Shown here piece after piece: positions 27,898-41,935 of a DNA stretch of 64,000 nt (position 1 is the stretch's first letter; each line of letters opens with the position of its first letter). The stretch spans positions 38,628,001-38,692,000 of the forward strand of contig NC_087251.1 in NCBI RefSeq assembly GCF_037042905.1. Reading direction: 5' to 3'. This stretch comes from Lytechinus pictus (taxonomy: Eukaryota). The notes under the pieces are model-generated. The model did no database searches, was not told where the DNA came from, and saw only the letters and a program-made list of their open reading frames with translations. The position numbers were made by a program, and so were the translations under genes.

Positions 27898-28914
27898 ACT
27901 CATCAATGTTTTCTCTACATGTTGTAAAATTCATTAATATTTGTATATTGTGTGTCAAGCTCATTCTTATTCTTACTTGACATATTAGACCTAGGTCGAG
28001 ATCCATTACCAATTATTTGGATGAACAACACTCTTAATAGAGAATTCAACAACAAAGCTTTTAGTGTACTCACATCCAGTGCAATCTCTGCTTGTTCACA
28101 AAACCAATTAAAACCATCTTGTGTAATTTCCTATGCCTATAATGTCTATTAGTAGTGCAGGCCGTTTGATTAATGAGTTGTTGGCCATTAGGATTCTGAA
28201 CACACATCATTTGCATACAAAATTTGTAAGTTCATGGCAGAATTCAATTATACAGACCAGTTAAATAACAATGCTTTTATGAACCCTGTGCAAGTATGGC
28301 AGGCCATTTTACTATTGAAACTTATTCATAATGTAGATGAAATGTGCATTTTTTGTTGTTGTTCTCAACAAGCCTTATGAATCCAATTACAGATTTTAGA
28401 TTCAAGTTTGATGTGGACTTTAAAGTGTATATTGAAAAACCACAACCAAAGCTTAAAACAAAATTGACAATTTATCAAAATCCTACAAGCTAAAAAGCAC
28501 AACAATGTAAATTATATGCATATTCACTTCTTGCCAGCTGAATATTTTGCTTGAGAAAAACTTCATTTAGGTTTCAAAAATAAGCTTTATTGTGCTTCTC
28601 AAAGGCCTGAATTCTGAATTTCTGTAATTTGATACATTTGTACATAATTTTTTTTCTTCTTTATTTGGGGGAGTGAGCTTTGTTTGCAATGCTGTCATAT
28701 TTTCAGGACTGTTTGGCACATAACAGATATTGTTTTCCAAAATATCATATCGCACCGGAGTTGTGAGATCAGTCAGTTTTGGCGATGATTGCTGAACGCC
28801 GATGGATACAGCGACAGTCCCGTGTCATGAAAGACAGGAATGTTATGCATTTACCAGTCTCTCAGATAAATTGACAGATCAGGACCCTGTTACATAAAAA
28901 GATACAATCATTCA

Positions 28915-29362
28915 TGGGAAGGGTAGATATTTTTAGGACGGGTTGTTTTGTCCTTCACCAAACTGTATATTTTTTATTACTTTGTATTTATTTTGTGAGT
29001 ATTTCCCTCTCATTTATTCATTCTTTTTTCATTTGATTATCTGTATTTATACTTTGTTATTTTGTTATTTGTTGTGTTATCTATTTCTTGAGGGGCCCAC
29101 ATTGTACAAGCATTGCTTTTTAGTGGGTCCCTCCATTTCCATCTAAATTTAATTTCTATTGAAAAATAGTATATATATTTAAAACCTACAATGTGTTGCC
29201 CAAATCGTCTAAGTGTTTTTTTTTTCACTACATATGTATAATTATTTTTTGTTTGCAACGGATACAAATATTTATGTTTTATATATGGTATACAATTTGT
29301 TTTTGTTTGATGGAAGTGAAATAAATGAATTTGAATGAATTTGAATTTGAATTGAATTTGAA
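28915..29362 (+). mobile_element. Probable LINE (CR1-like) 3' UTR remnant with (TTGAA)n tail
   Basis: T-rich body, a ggggcccac...gtgggtccc stem, then aaataaa and gaatttgaat repeats. Similar tails appear in reverse near 26960, 38975 and 40140. Confidence 0.5.
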
Positions 29363-31325
29363 TAGCCTACAATTACACGCAACTGAGAGTCTATGACCAT
29401 CCATGTACAAAGAGTTACAAGTGATTGCAAGAATCATTCGTATCCCTTCATGTTACAACCCCCACGAGGTGAGAGATGTGCCATCATCATCACAACATAC
29501 GATATGAGAAAACATACAAACTTGATCCAGGGCATCTTTGGCTACTGCGTTGTAGAAAAAGACATTGATGGGGATAATTACGAGGCTGCCTGGGTATTCT
29601 TTTTTTTATTATTGTCACAGTGCTGCTTATTAACTATCTCATGTCATGGATTCTTGTCATTCCACCATGTAAGTCTATCATCAGCTCCTCCTCCTCCTCA
29701 CAAAATTCAAGAGTGGAGCTATGTGAATGGTATATATACAGCATTGGTGAATTTAGGAATTCATGGAAGCCAATGTGGTGTCCAAGGGAGGGTTGCAGCA
29801 GATGCATAGAATGGGAGATAGCAAAGGAGATTCAGTTTTACTTAATCTCGGGCCTTCTATTGAAGTATTTTTAGGGCTATAGGCCACTTTTCTCCAGGGA
29901 ACATTTTGTCTCACGACACAATGCATGAGGCCAATTAATTGGGCTTGGCGGTTTTGGATTAATTCAAGTCCCGTAATCTTTTAAGGACCCTTTTCTCTGT
30001 AATATTAATTTGAAAATTGTTTTCAATCTTAGACATTGCAAATTTAGGGGAAGGAAAACTCAAAGAAAATGCCAAAAAGAACAATTGTCATTTTTACTTC
30101 GCAAAATTTAATCAGCAGGTAATGATTTTTTTTACCCAAGACAGAAGCATATGTGATGTGCAATCCTATATCTTACTGAGATATGAACATATTTCTTATT
30201 GTAATTGTAAGTATATGATTATAGCACTTTGGGAAATAATTCCTCAAGCTTCCTTAGTTAAATTTAAATGAGACAATGTTTAAAGGTTAATGGAAACTGG
30301 CAGATGGACAGTACTGTAAAAGTTCAAAAATAAAAAGAAACTGGCCTAGCTATGATTATGAATGATGATGAAAAGATGTCATAAAATGTAGCAAATGGAT
30401 CATTCCCATATTTGGTTATTTCAAATTCAAACTTTCGGTTTAACATTCTGCAAGTTTGATGAGATCAGTCATTATCCACTTGACAGTCTTGATTATATCT
30501 GATTTAAAAAAAATTATTCTATCAGATGTTTAAAACTCCCACTTTCTATCTTGCAACAGAACTAATACATAATAGCATGATGATGCATCAAGGTTATTTG
30601 TTGATTTTTTGGTGTCTTCACATTTACTTTTAGTTTCGTCCTTTAAGTAGTTGAACTACATGTACTTACTTTCTTATTAAAAGTTTTTTTTTTCACTTTC
30701 GATTTTTCATCCTTTAAAGTACTGTCTACTTTTTTTTTCTCACTTTTTTTTCATTATTTTTTCCTTTATGCTAGTTTAAATAGGAAGTCCACTATGATGT
30801 AAAGGTTTTTTTTTAATTAAAAGCTGAGAAATTCTATAAGCACACCAATGAATGTTTTGCAAAAATCCATGAAAGAAATGACAAAATAATAAAGACTGAT
30901 GTTTTGATTTGTGACATCATGTATCTTCAAGCACCTCCTCCATTTAAATGTCATGTTTTAATGGTTCAGAGCAAAGTTTTTTTTTTTTCATGGAAGTGTG
31001 TATGACACATTGTGTTATAAAATATATTGAATGAATATGTTAGAATATTGTCAATTTTTTGTAGACAATGGGACATATTGGATATATTATGTGGTAGTCT
31101 CGGGAACTGTCATTTGAAGAGATATGAAAGGGCATAGGCACTGACAAAGTAAAGTTTGTCAATCCACAACTCCACGGTTCTTTGGTAAATTTTCACCAAA
31201 CTCTCTGTAGTATTTTATATCCTCTTTGTACATTACATGAATGTAGTTGTAGTAAATACATTTGATGAGAAAGTCTGTATAACTGAGGATAACTGTCACC
31301 ATATCTTATTAGATCTATAGATCTG

Positions 31326-31481
31326 GGGCCCCGTTTCATAAAGAGTTACAACTGTTGTAACTTTGCTATCATGGCAACTACCATGGTAACAGGGCTCATC
31401 AGCCTATCAAAATCAAGGTTACCATGGTAGTTGCAATAGTGGCAAAGTTACAATAGTTGTAACTCTTTATGAAACGAGCCC
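31326..31481. mobile_element. Hairpin MITE family A copy 1 (CTG TSD, Harbinger-like)
   Basis: CTG|gggccccgtttcataaagagttacaac...gttgtaactctttatgaaacgagccc|CTG. Confidence 0.9.
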
Positions 31482-32792
31482 CTGGTATAATTACATAAAC
31501 CAAACTTTGTGAAAGCGTGAAATCTAAGCTGAAGACCATACTAAAGATCGCCAACGCAGATAAGCACATGTGGGACAGTGTATGATCATTGCTCAGAAAA
31601 TCCCCGACATCAGGCTGAAATTCCATGCTTATTTTGCTAATTTCTCAGCAATTAAACAATATCTTCCAGAATCTATTGGCACATATTTTTTTATTCAAAC
31701 ATACAGACACTTGGGCTGTCATTTTATTGGATTCTGTACAAACTCATTTTTAAGTTGTCACCGCTGGAATGTATCTTTAAAGTTTAATGTTCATCCCCAT
31801 CTTCGCAGCTGTAGTTTTTGAAGTGGCATTACTGTCTTAATAAGAACCCCGAGGAAAGGAGTTGCTTTGATTGAAATTGATAGTCAGGATCAAAGTTGAT
31901 GAGAATGAAGTGTGTAAAGAAATGGTAGAGTGATGGTAAAGGAATCCATCTTGGTCAAGTATAAGGGACTGGTAGATCCAAGGCAACGCTGTAAACAAGT
32001 CCGTCTTTTTCTTACAGGATACCCATTGATATCCTTAACTTAATCATGCTTAAAAATTTACATTTTTTCTCCCCACAACTATTAATGTAAAGTCTAAAAT
32101 ATATTTAAAAAGGTTGCACACTCAAGCCTTTTCCCTTTGTTCGGAACCAATCACTACATCTTTTCAGAGTCTTTTAAAAAATCTTTTCATCTTTTTTAAG
32201 TGCAATATAAAAAATGACATGAAAAAAAAATGAATTAGTCTCATATTTAAAATAAATTTTCTTTCAAATCACATAAAGTTGAACAATCAACTTTTCAGTC
32301 ACAGACAGTGATTTATTTATTTCTTTTTCTTTGTGGCATAATGGACATTCAAATTAATGATCTAATTTGGTTTTACCTTTTTTTAAAACAATTCTCATAA
32401 TTCATCAATTATTTGAATTGCATTTGGGCGAGGGTGGAATTGATATTTGTTGTAGGATCGACTTTATTAATAAAATAATGTTAGTGCCTTGGGAAGTGAA
32501 TAGATCTATTTCAGTTATAATTTGATATCAGAGTATGGTTTACCCCAGGTGATATATCTAAATTAGTTATTTTCTCAGAGACTCTTTCTTTCCTTCTCAT
32601 AATGTTATTAAATATTGTGAGACGTCTGGGAGCCAAGGGTACTTACTATGTTGCTCCCAGGGTTGGAGGATGATACCGTACCTGCGTGGGATGGGATTCG
32701 CCCAGGTTTGTAAGTGACTTTGATTATGAGAGCACGGATGTAGTAATTAGATTAGATCCGGTGGATGTTCTCTGGAGTGGAGGTATGATGCT

Positions 32793-32897
32793 GCAGTCAC
32801 ACCGACAAGACCGACACAAAAGCAACCGATGGTATGCCATTGGTCGTAACGTGATAGATTTGGTCGGTCTGAAGTCGGTTGCGTTGGTGGTACTGTG
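32793..32897. mobile_element. Short hairpin MITE family E, copy 1
   Basis: Shares accga.....tggtatg.cattggt..taa.g..atagatttggt.ggtctg.agtc.gtt with 40967-41074. Confidence 0.65.
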
Positions 32898-34588
32898 GCA
32901 TAAAAAGTCATCATGGTCCAACAAAGGATGATACCTTTCTTTCTGATGTTTTAATTGGTTTCGTGCAATATCATCTGGTCTTCTAATTGTTGTCCCATAT
33001 GCCAGTGATGCAGTGCATGGAACTTGATGGTTTGAATAAAGGGCTGTGATTCACACACTTTTCCTTTACAAACGACAGAAGTCTGAGACAAATTTGCTGT
33101 TAATAAATCACCATCATTGTATAGTTGCCTACAACAGTTGCTTTTGTAATTTTGATGAATTTTTTATTCATAAAATATGTTTTATTTTTTTCATTCTCAT
33201 TGCATAAAACTGCACCGACTTACAAGACTCACTTGGTGATTAAACGTGTCAAGGAAGGTCTGTGCCTCTAGACTACCACTCAGGTGATATAAATGGTACC
33301 TGGAATGGAGGATTCTTTGAAATACTTTATCACAGATAACCGCCGCAGCATGAACAAAAGCGAGAGTAACAAATTTCTATGTTCTTTGTAGGGACTTTCC
33401 ATTGTGGTAACTGGTTTATACTTTTCATGAACAGAAAAACACTATATTGTATCATACAATTTCAGATTATATTTCCAAGAAAACTGAAAGGAATAATCTG
33501 GAAAAAAGATTTCAATTTTATTTCTATTTTCAAACGTCCTATTTTAATCTTTTTCTTGAACTCTGACACCATTGATTGCTTATTTCAGACGAATACCCAT
33601 TGATTTTGACAGCTGCCCCCGAACCATGAAGCAACGGTAGACTGGAAATTAACAATAGATATTATGATTTCCGGGGGAATGAAAATAGGAGTTGATCGCA
33701 GGCAAGGAGGCGTCTTTAATGACGTAGCCTGGAGTGCAGGGGTGCAAAGAGTCAGGAAATATTGATGAAGATCTGACGTGATGGCGGTGGTTGTCAGGTG
33801 ATGATGGGAAACTCTTATCAAGAGTTCATGAATAACTTTGACTTGGGGTTCAATTAGGGTAGTATATAATGTGTACAGTATTGATAATAATCATGATAAT
33901 TATATAATAATAAGAAAAATGATATGCAACATTTATGTAGCTTTATATCAGACAAAAAGTTATTATTTTTTTATTTAAGGTGACTACTTCTCACTTCTTA
34001 GATGCCTAAATCTGCAACATGGGATAAGCTATAACATTGTAATGAATGGGAATGTTCCAGGGATTCTCTTAAATTAGTTTCCAGGGCTTTTTGGGGTATT
34101 TTGGGGGCGAAATCACCCTGAGCCCCCATGTAATTTATATAGATAGATAATTATGAAGAGAAAAATTTATTATGTTATATAATATTTTGTTGGTAAAAGG
34201 ATATTACAATTCATGGGCAATATAAAAAATAGTGTAGAAAAAGAAAGCGGGGGCTAGTCTGTCACGGTGGACTGTTCAGATATGTTGAGGTTGCAATAGG
34301 GTGGCATGCTTATTGAGCATTACATCTACTGAATATACCTCACTTCTGCAAATAATATTGTGAACCTTTTCCAGATTCATTTTTGCATATTTTTTTTTAG
34401 ACTATGACTAACTATACACATAGAATCTTTTTCTATTTCTGTTTGAGTAGATTTTTCTTTTAGATATCTTCATGAATGCCAATGGACTTTGTACAGTATT
34501 CCTCACTCATAATACTGTATAACAAAGACGTGTTTGTGTTGAACATGGTTTTGTCTGCATAATTGTTTATATAAGCTGCGTAGAATAG

Positions 34589-35323
34589 GGGTGCGTTTAT
34601 GCGCCACTTTTTTACCCTAGAATCATGATCTGAATCATGATTCAAATCATGATTCTGCAGAATCACGGTTGCGTTTAGTCAAAAGTGAAAACAAACGTCT
34701 TTCAAATCACAAACATGAAACACGGAAAAAGGGGCGTTTGGAAAGACGTTTCTGTAGAATCACAAACGAAAAATGTCGTATAAACGCAATCGTGATTTTA
34801 ATCATGATTCTATGACGTCACTGTGTCGGGCTACTTTAGGTTTGACTCTTGCCAAGCTCAAGATGCGCTATGCATCGTCCACTTCTTTTCATCTTTTTTT
34901 TGGTCATGTCTTCAACTTCAAGTGAACTAGTAAATTAACTAACTGAACAGACAATGATATCAATTGTTGTTGAGTTAACAAGTGTCAATATGAAATTGGA
35001 TCTACGCTAAAATTTACATCCGAACACAATTTTCGATAAACCAACAAGAAGAACAATAAGTAAACAAATTGTGGTATAATAGACTGAATTCGGAAGGTAC
35101 AGGATTGATTTTTCGAGAGCCAAAACACGTGCGAAAAAAGTTGACCTAACTTCCTCTGTCAAACTGCGCACTATGATGCGCACTGGATCGGTCCGAATCC
35201 GAGGAAAAACAGCTTTAAAATGAAGGTCGTCTGAACGCTGATTCTGTGGTATTGTGATTCATGTTTGTGTTTTGAATCATGATTCAAATCATGATTCTGG
35301 CTTGAGGTCGCATAAACGTAGCC
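34589..35323. mobile_element. Non-autonomous DNA transposon with TAG TSD (Harbinger-like)
   Basis: TAG|gggtgcgtttatgcg ... cgcataaacgtagcc|TAG, with subterminal arrays of the palindrome AATCATGATT at both ends. Confidence 0.8.
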
Positions 35324-36524
35324 TAGAAATGAAAGCATGTCTGCAGTGAAGCAATGTGTAAATATTACATTGTGATGAATGTACACTCATGCTAGAGCTT
35401 TTGAGTCGAGATTATATTTACTTAAAGCAATGTGGTTTGTTTTACAGATGGAAGATGTCATGTTATCCTGAAGCTCAAGTCACACCAATGAAAACGATAT
35501 TAACTTTGATCGAGTTTGGTTTTTATTGGTGTGACTGCAGCATTTAGATAAATTTGAATTGGTATCAAGATTTGAGACAGTGGAGGCCTGTGGTTGGACA
35601 GGGGTTGAAGTTCAATTATTATTTTGATGAGTTTAAGTGATTGATTGATTGAAGGTGCTAGAAAACCAGTGAGTTAAATGTGGATATATCATCTCCTTTG
35701 AAACTTTTAACTGTTTAAGGATTCATGTTGCTTTTGGATACTGTCTTCTCTAGCAGGATTGTCTTCTTTTTTGGTATTTTACAAAGTACATGTATATGTG
35801 TATGAGAATTTCCGCAATTGAGTGCAGTGCTAAGAATACAGAAACATATCAATACTTTTTATCTTACATGGTAATTGGTATAAAAATGTATCACTTTTGT
35901 CATTATGTGATTCTGTTTATGAAGATATCACACATGGCTATAAAGCTTTTAATAGTTAACTTCTTTGTAGCACAACTCATAACCCTGCCACAAAATTCAA
36001 AGAGGTTATTTTTCATTTGGAAAAGTAAAAAAGATAATCCTTGCCATAAGTTTAAAGTAACCTAATATTCATCACTGCTAGAGTGGTGATTGATACATTA
36101 CAAATAAAGATGAATCGTGAGTTTCTACATTAAAATATCATAGAAATGGAATGGAATGTTCAGGACATCTAGGCATTGAAATGACCTTTCATCCTTAGGT
36201 ATACATCTATTTATAAGTCTATTTTTCAGAGTCATCATCACTGCCTTCTGGGTTGTTTATGGAGACATCACACATGTGCTTTGCCTGCTGGCTAGGCTCT
36301 GCTAGACAGCTGTTTGTTTATATTTAGGAGACAAGACATTAGACTCCTGTACAGCTGTTTCAAGGATTCAATTTAATTTCTTCATCCTAATGTACTCTTC
36401 AAAGCTGTATTTTAGAAGAATGGATTAGATGAAGGTTCATTAATATCTTCAATAAATAGGGCTATATTATTTGAATTCCAGAATGAAAACGCTAAAGACA
36501 TGACATTCCCCCTTCACAATTTAA

Positions 36525-37103
36525 AGGACAAGTCTACCCCAACAAAAAGTTGATTTGAATAAAAAGAGAAAAATCCAACAAGCATACCACTGAAAATTTC
36601 ATCAAAATCGTATGTAAAATAAGAAAGTTATGACATTTTAAAGTTTTGCTTAATTTCACAAAACAGTTATATGCACATCCTGGCTGGTATGCAAATGAGA
36701 AGACTATGACTTCATCCACTCACTATTTCTTTTGTATTTTATTATATGAAATATGAAATATTCTAATTTTCTCCTCATTGTCAAGTGATACGATTAATGC
36801 CGCCCTGAACATTAGCATTGTTTAATACTATATGGTTCAGTCAAGTTGGTCCAGATTGTCAAATCTATGAAAGATGAAATATTGTATAATTCAAACAATA
36901 AAAAACAAAAGAAATAGTGAGTGATGGACATCATTGACTGACCTCTAGTTGTGCATATCACTGTTTTGTAAAAAATAAGCGAAACTTTAAAATGTCATAA
37001 CTTTCTTATTTTACATCCGATTTTGATGAAATTTTCAGCACTATGCTATTTTGATTTTTCTCTATTTATTCAAGTTAGCATTTTCCGGGGGTGGACTTGA
37101 CCT
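36525..37103. mobile_element. Kolobok-like non-autonomous element with long imperfect TIRs
   Basis: TTAA|aggacaagtctacccc ... ggggtggacttgacct|TTAA. The arm aaaatttcatcaaaatcg.atgtaaaataagaaagttatgacattttaaagttt is mirrored at 36975-37037. Confidence 0.88.
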
Positions 37104-40100
37104 TTAACCACTTTTGGTTTTAATCCAGTAGGCCTATCTGCATTCTTGCAATTGTTTTCCCAATGTTGGTCATCCAAGCTTGATTACTCACATGAAAACA
37201 CCCCTACATAGACCTACATAAAATTTTATTTACAAATAAGTTTGGATGCAACAGGTGAATCATTATGGTGAAAATAAAATTTAAATCAGGGACATTTAGA
37301 GTTTGCCTCTTACATTGATTTTTTATCTGATATACCGTAATGTCAACAAGTTTACATTCAATGGTTTAAATAAAAAAATATATCAACTTTTATGAGATTG
37401 AAAGTATTGTTTACCGAAGCCAATGAATTGCTCAAAGCAGGGATCTGGATCAAATGTAATTAATTGTTGATTCTGGAGAAAGCTTTGCTTGTTTTGTCAA
37501 TTTTACGTTTACTATTCAGCTTCAGTGCAGTCAAACATTAAGCGGGATGAAAACTCACAAATCATTTTTGTCATCAACTGTCTCCCAAATTTTATCCAGG
37601 GGCTGTTAAATTCTCTTCTCTTTGCAGTGCAATTATATCTGGAGCATGAAATGGCTTTATTCGCAAATGGGTGGAATTTATCAGTTTAGCGTTGACCTTT
37701 TGGTGTTAGTGTAGTGTAGTGTAGAGTAGTGTAGTGTAAGTAATTTGGATGACAAATTGAAATTAGATGTTGGAACTCTATAGTGCAGATAGTCTTAATT
37801 TGAGATTTCAACACCAATATCAACACCACTACCAACACCAGTACTTACACTGAACATGAATTCAAGCGGGATAAGTAAATATGGTTTTTAAACACAAGCA
37901 ATAAAAAAAAAAATAACCCTGTAGTTTAAGGCCAGGTCCAACAAAAACATGGGTTGAAATTCAACTGCAGAACAGAAGAAGTTTCATGAAAATTATATGA
38001 CATTTTAAGAGAATAACTACAATTTGAGGCTACCAGTCATCAAAGCTTTACATGAGCTTTGAGTTTGAATGAACAAGACTTGTCTGTAGGAGAATAGAGC
38101 TTCATTTAGCAGCAGTATGATAATTGCATCATTGGGATTCCCATGTGTTCCTTATCTTTCATGCAAAGTCTGCAAGCAAGTGAACATCCCCATTACAGTC
38201 TTTCTTTTTCATGAAAGAGGTTAGGTAGACTGCCTGAAAATTTACCTCAAAACTCTCCAAAGAAACGTATGAAATTGTCATCTTGTCAATGTTATGTGAA
38301 TTAGGTGAATCTACCTAGTATATTTAATTCAAATCATTTGGGACCACAGAAATCTGTTTGATCTGTTAGCCAAAGTTCAACTGAGAAGATGTAAATCACA
38401 TCTGGTGTGAAAAACTACTTTGACTTCAGCGATGATTCGACTTCTGTGATGATTCGCGACTTATGGGGGTCGACTTTAGGTTGCTTTACATGTAGGCATG
38501 CATTCAGGTTCACATGGAAGCTCGATTCATTACTATATTCTTGTTGGAATCAAGATTTAGACCCAAGAATTGATGATCTGTCACAAAATTGATTGTTTTG
38601 ATTCTCTAAGTATTCTTGAACATTGTTTGTAACAGGTTTTGGGGCGACTCTATACCGATTGTCACCCTGAAGCATTCCATTTGCAAAATAGTTGGGGATA
38701 TTTGTGCCTTGATGCAGCCAAAATCGCGCGTTGCTCTCATGTATATGCTATGACACGCAATGACTTTTATTGTGTTCGAACATGAGAGAGAGAGAGCGCG
38801 CGCAGGAGATGTAATTTGGAAATAGGTCAGAAATGAGTCAATGAGATGGGACTGGTCAATGATGGTATGTCAGGTATGTGATAAGGAGAGGGAGAACAAA
38901 GGTCAAATTTGAGAGAATGGTCTGGAGTCGTGGTCTCTTTGTAATATATGTATCCTGTATAGATCCAAATTATTGAATTGAATTCATTTATTTTCTATTA
39001 AAAAACATGCAAAATCAAGAATATACAAACGTATAGAAATGAGACATTATACAAATGACGTATCATAAATGCAAAATACAATTCAATACAATTTATATAT
39101 AGATATTAGGAAAATTGGATGCCCATGGAAGCAGTATGCTTGTAGGGTTGGGTCACCCAGAAAATATATGAATCAGTAAATGATAGAATACATACAGTTA
39201 TATGGAATACTAAATTAATAGATGAATAAAATGATATCAAGCATATGAACTGTCTTTACTTGGTAGCAGAGGGAACATCAAACGGTTGAAATATTTGCAA
39301 TATTCAGTATGTGTTTCATAAGGTTTATCTGCATCCTAGAGTACATGCTTTTTTTTTTGCAAAGAATATTTCTATTTACAATTGATATGTTTTGTATGAT
39401 GGTACATGTTACCGAAGAACACATAATTTGATGTTAAGAAGACAGAACAACACAGAGTTTTTATAAATTAGAAAATGAAAAACACGGGACTTTACAGGCC
39501 TGCACAGTGTACACAGGCCAACTCTGTATTCTCTGTACAAATGATAGAATCATGTTGGAGGTCCAAAGTTCAAGTGCAGATGTATGTTTATCTAAGATAC
39601 TAGAGTAATAATTCATTTGATAATGCATATTTTACTTGGATCGGTGTGCAATGTTACAGCTACAAGCCTACACATTTTATTAGACCTGATGATGTTCTTG
39701 TAGTCATCTTTATCATGGAATTTCAAATTCTTACAAGGAGTATTACAACTTAACATTCATTACTAATAAAAATAAATTTAAGTTCATAATTATTCAAAAC
39801 ATTGGCATAAAAAAATAGACTTATTCTTGCATAGGCCTACTGTCTTGCAACAGACAAATAACTTTTCAGCAAGAGATTGAGGCCTGTTTTATATTTAGAA
39901 CTTCAATAATGATAGTACTTTACCACTATTGTAATGGAAACTGATTTGAATTATTGCCTAGCTCTATTAAAATCTATAATAATGACAAACATACTATAAC
40001 CGAAATATATTTCTGAAAGGGGTTCTGAATTTGGGTTATTTTTCTAAAATGGTCCATTCTTGGAAATTCCTGTGCCTTCAGGTCAATTCTAACTGTATTT

Positions 40101-40666
40101 TGTATAGTTCCTTTCTTCGTGTTTAATGGTAGCTTGAATATTCAATTCAATTCAGTTCGTTTTATCCCATCTTTTATAAATCAATAAATATACGGTATGA
40201 ATATATATACAAATCATAAATGAATAACAATTATTGTAAATATATTTTTTTTTAATGATTAGGGTGTCTAAAGGAGAAGCTTGATAAATGGGGCACCCAT
40301 TACATTCACTTCACATCTGGAAATTAACATTCTTTGACATTAGAAACACCACTTTGAAATGATTTGTTTTTTTAAATGGCAGAATTTTTAAACAGTTACT
40401 AGAACCCCCCCCCCTCAATCCTGGATCCGACTCTGCTTTATAACAGAGCTAGGTTCCTATGATTTCTTAATTCTCAAAAATATTTTTGTTATCAAGTGGC
40501 TGATATTATATTTATGGAATACATCGTAACAACAAAAGTATTTGTAAACATTCAGAAATTGTAAGGACCTCTGTTTGATATTGAAATATCTGAATTTCTG
40601 AAAATGTTTTTATTTTCAAGTGGTTACCGTAATATTATATTCATGTCTTCTTGTTTCCATTATCAG

Positions 40667-40904
40667 ATGGCTCGATTCAAACAAGTCATTGATGGAGCAG
40701 GATGTGAGGGAGAACGATACCGTGATGCTGCGCTTCAAGTACTACGTATTCTACGATCTTCCTCAGCCCAACAGCTCGGACATCAAACACATGAAAGAGG
40801 ATGCCGTCAGGATCAACCAAATCTACGAACAAGCTAAATGGGCAATCCTCCGGGAAGAAATTGAATGCACGCACGAAGAAATGATGCTGTTTGCTGCTCT
40901 ACAG
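40667..40904 (+). CDS. FERMT2: Kindlin exon C (end of F1, start of F2)
   Basis: Acceptor tatcag| and donor |gtaaat. [31 protein letters not shown]...[35 protein letters not shown] is a kindlin signature. The phase 2 join with exon B is consistent. Confidence 0.97.
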
Positions 40905-40966
40905 GTAAATGTGCTTAAAGGGATAATTCAAAGGAAGATCTGTAGAAAAACATTGCTATGTAAAAA

Positions 40967-41074
40967 CAACTGTCACACCAATGAAACTGACTCCAGACCG
41001 ACCTATGGTATGTCATTGGTAATAATGCAATAGATTTGGTTGGTCTGGAGTCAGTTTCGCCCTCGTGACTGTTG
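40967..41074. mobile_element. Short hairpin MITE family E, copy 2
   Basis: Inverted arms gaaactgactccagacc / ggtctggagtcagtttc. It lies about 60 bp downstream of exon C. A fragment is also at 46505-46535. Confidence 0.75.
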
Positions 41075-41340
41075 CATGATAGAGTACTCTTCAGATGTAC
41101 TCACATTGAAAATGCACATGAAAAAACATAGTAGAATAGAGAATTGTTTGGACTAAACCTTATGTGTAGTCCCATGTACGCATTTCTGTGCATTGCATGT
41201 GACTCACATCAACCTTCTCTCAATATCTGATCTGGTGATTGAAAAAAATCTTACAGAATAGTGTATATTCTTCAGTAGGCACATTATAATCAACATTTCC
41301 CAATTACTTTGGGACAGGTCCACAAATCAATCTCACACCA

Positions 41341-41473
41341 GGGCCCTCCATGTCATTCAAGATTAGCGATTAATCTTTGGGCTGATTTTACGATTGATTA
41401 TACACAATTGTCAATGCAATCAATCGTAGAAATAGCCTCAGGATTAATCACTTAGATTTATGTTACAGGATCC
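41341..41473. mobile_element. Hairpin MITE family D, uninterrupted diverged copy
   Basis: Arms ttagcgattaatc / gattaatcactta, related to 53051-53447. Confidence 0.6.
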
Positions 41474-41777
41474 AGAACTTGTCTGTGTCTTTGATGTCAT
41501 GTTCAATTGATTGATGAATGCAGATATTGCATTTATTTAATGGCCACTTTACTATATACCTTGGCTGCCTGGTACTTAATGATGATTACCTTGGAAACTT
41601 TGGAATTTACAACGTTCAAAGTTTGAAATTAACAAGGTGCTTTTGCAAACCTGAAGCACCTTTGGCTCCCACCTTGTTACTGTAATGTACTGCATTGTTC
41701 TTAACCTTGCTCAAAATGAAATTATACCCAGCGTTCTTACCAATATGTGATTCATTTCAAAATTACATCATGATCAG

Positions 41778-41935
41778 GGGCCCCGTTTCATAAAGGACTT
41801 GCAACTGTTGTAACTTTGCCATAATGGCAACTACCATGGAAACCTTGATTTTGATTGGCTGCTGAGCCCTGTTACCATGGTAGTTGCCATTATGGCAAAG
41901 TTACAACAGTTGCAAGTCCTTTATGAAACGGGTCC
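41778..41935. mobile_element. Hairpin MITE family A copy 2 (CAG TSD), near-perfect arms
   Basis: CAG|gggccccgtttcataaaggacttgcaactgttgtaactttgccataatggcaactaccatgg ... mirror ... gaaacgggtcc|CAG. Inverted relative to 31326. Confidence 0.92.

Larger units (their letters stand above)
13972..40666 (+). other. 26,695-nt phase 2 intron of the kindlin gene
   Basis: GTAAGT...TATCAG. The protein is continuous across it (INAG|WLDS), so no constitutive coding exon is missing. Confidence 0.9.

Noticed and set aside
27960..28130. Second LINE reverse-transcriptase remnant on the minus strand
   Set aside because: The resemblance to the W...N.L.LN..KT motif is faint and needs frameshifts.
29393..29809. 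138-aa ORF as a nested gene in the large intron
   Set aside because: I recognise no domain, codon pattern or supporting splice sites. A homology search would be needed to exclude it fully.
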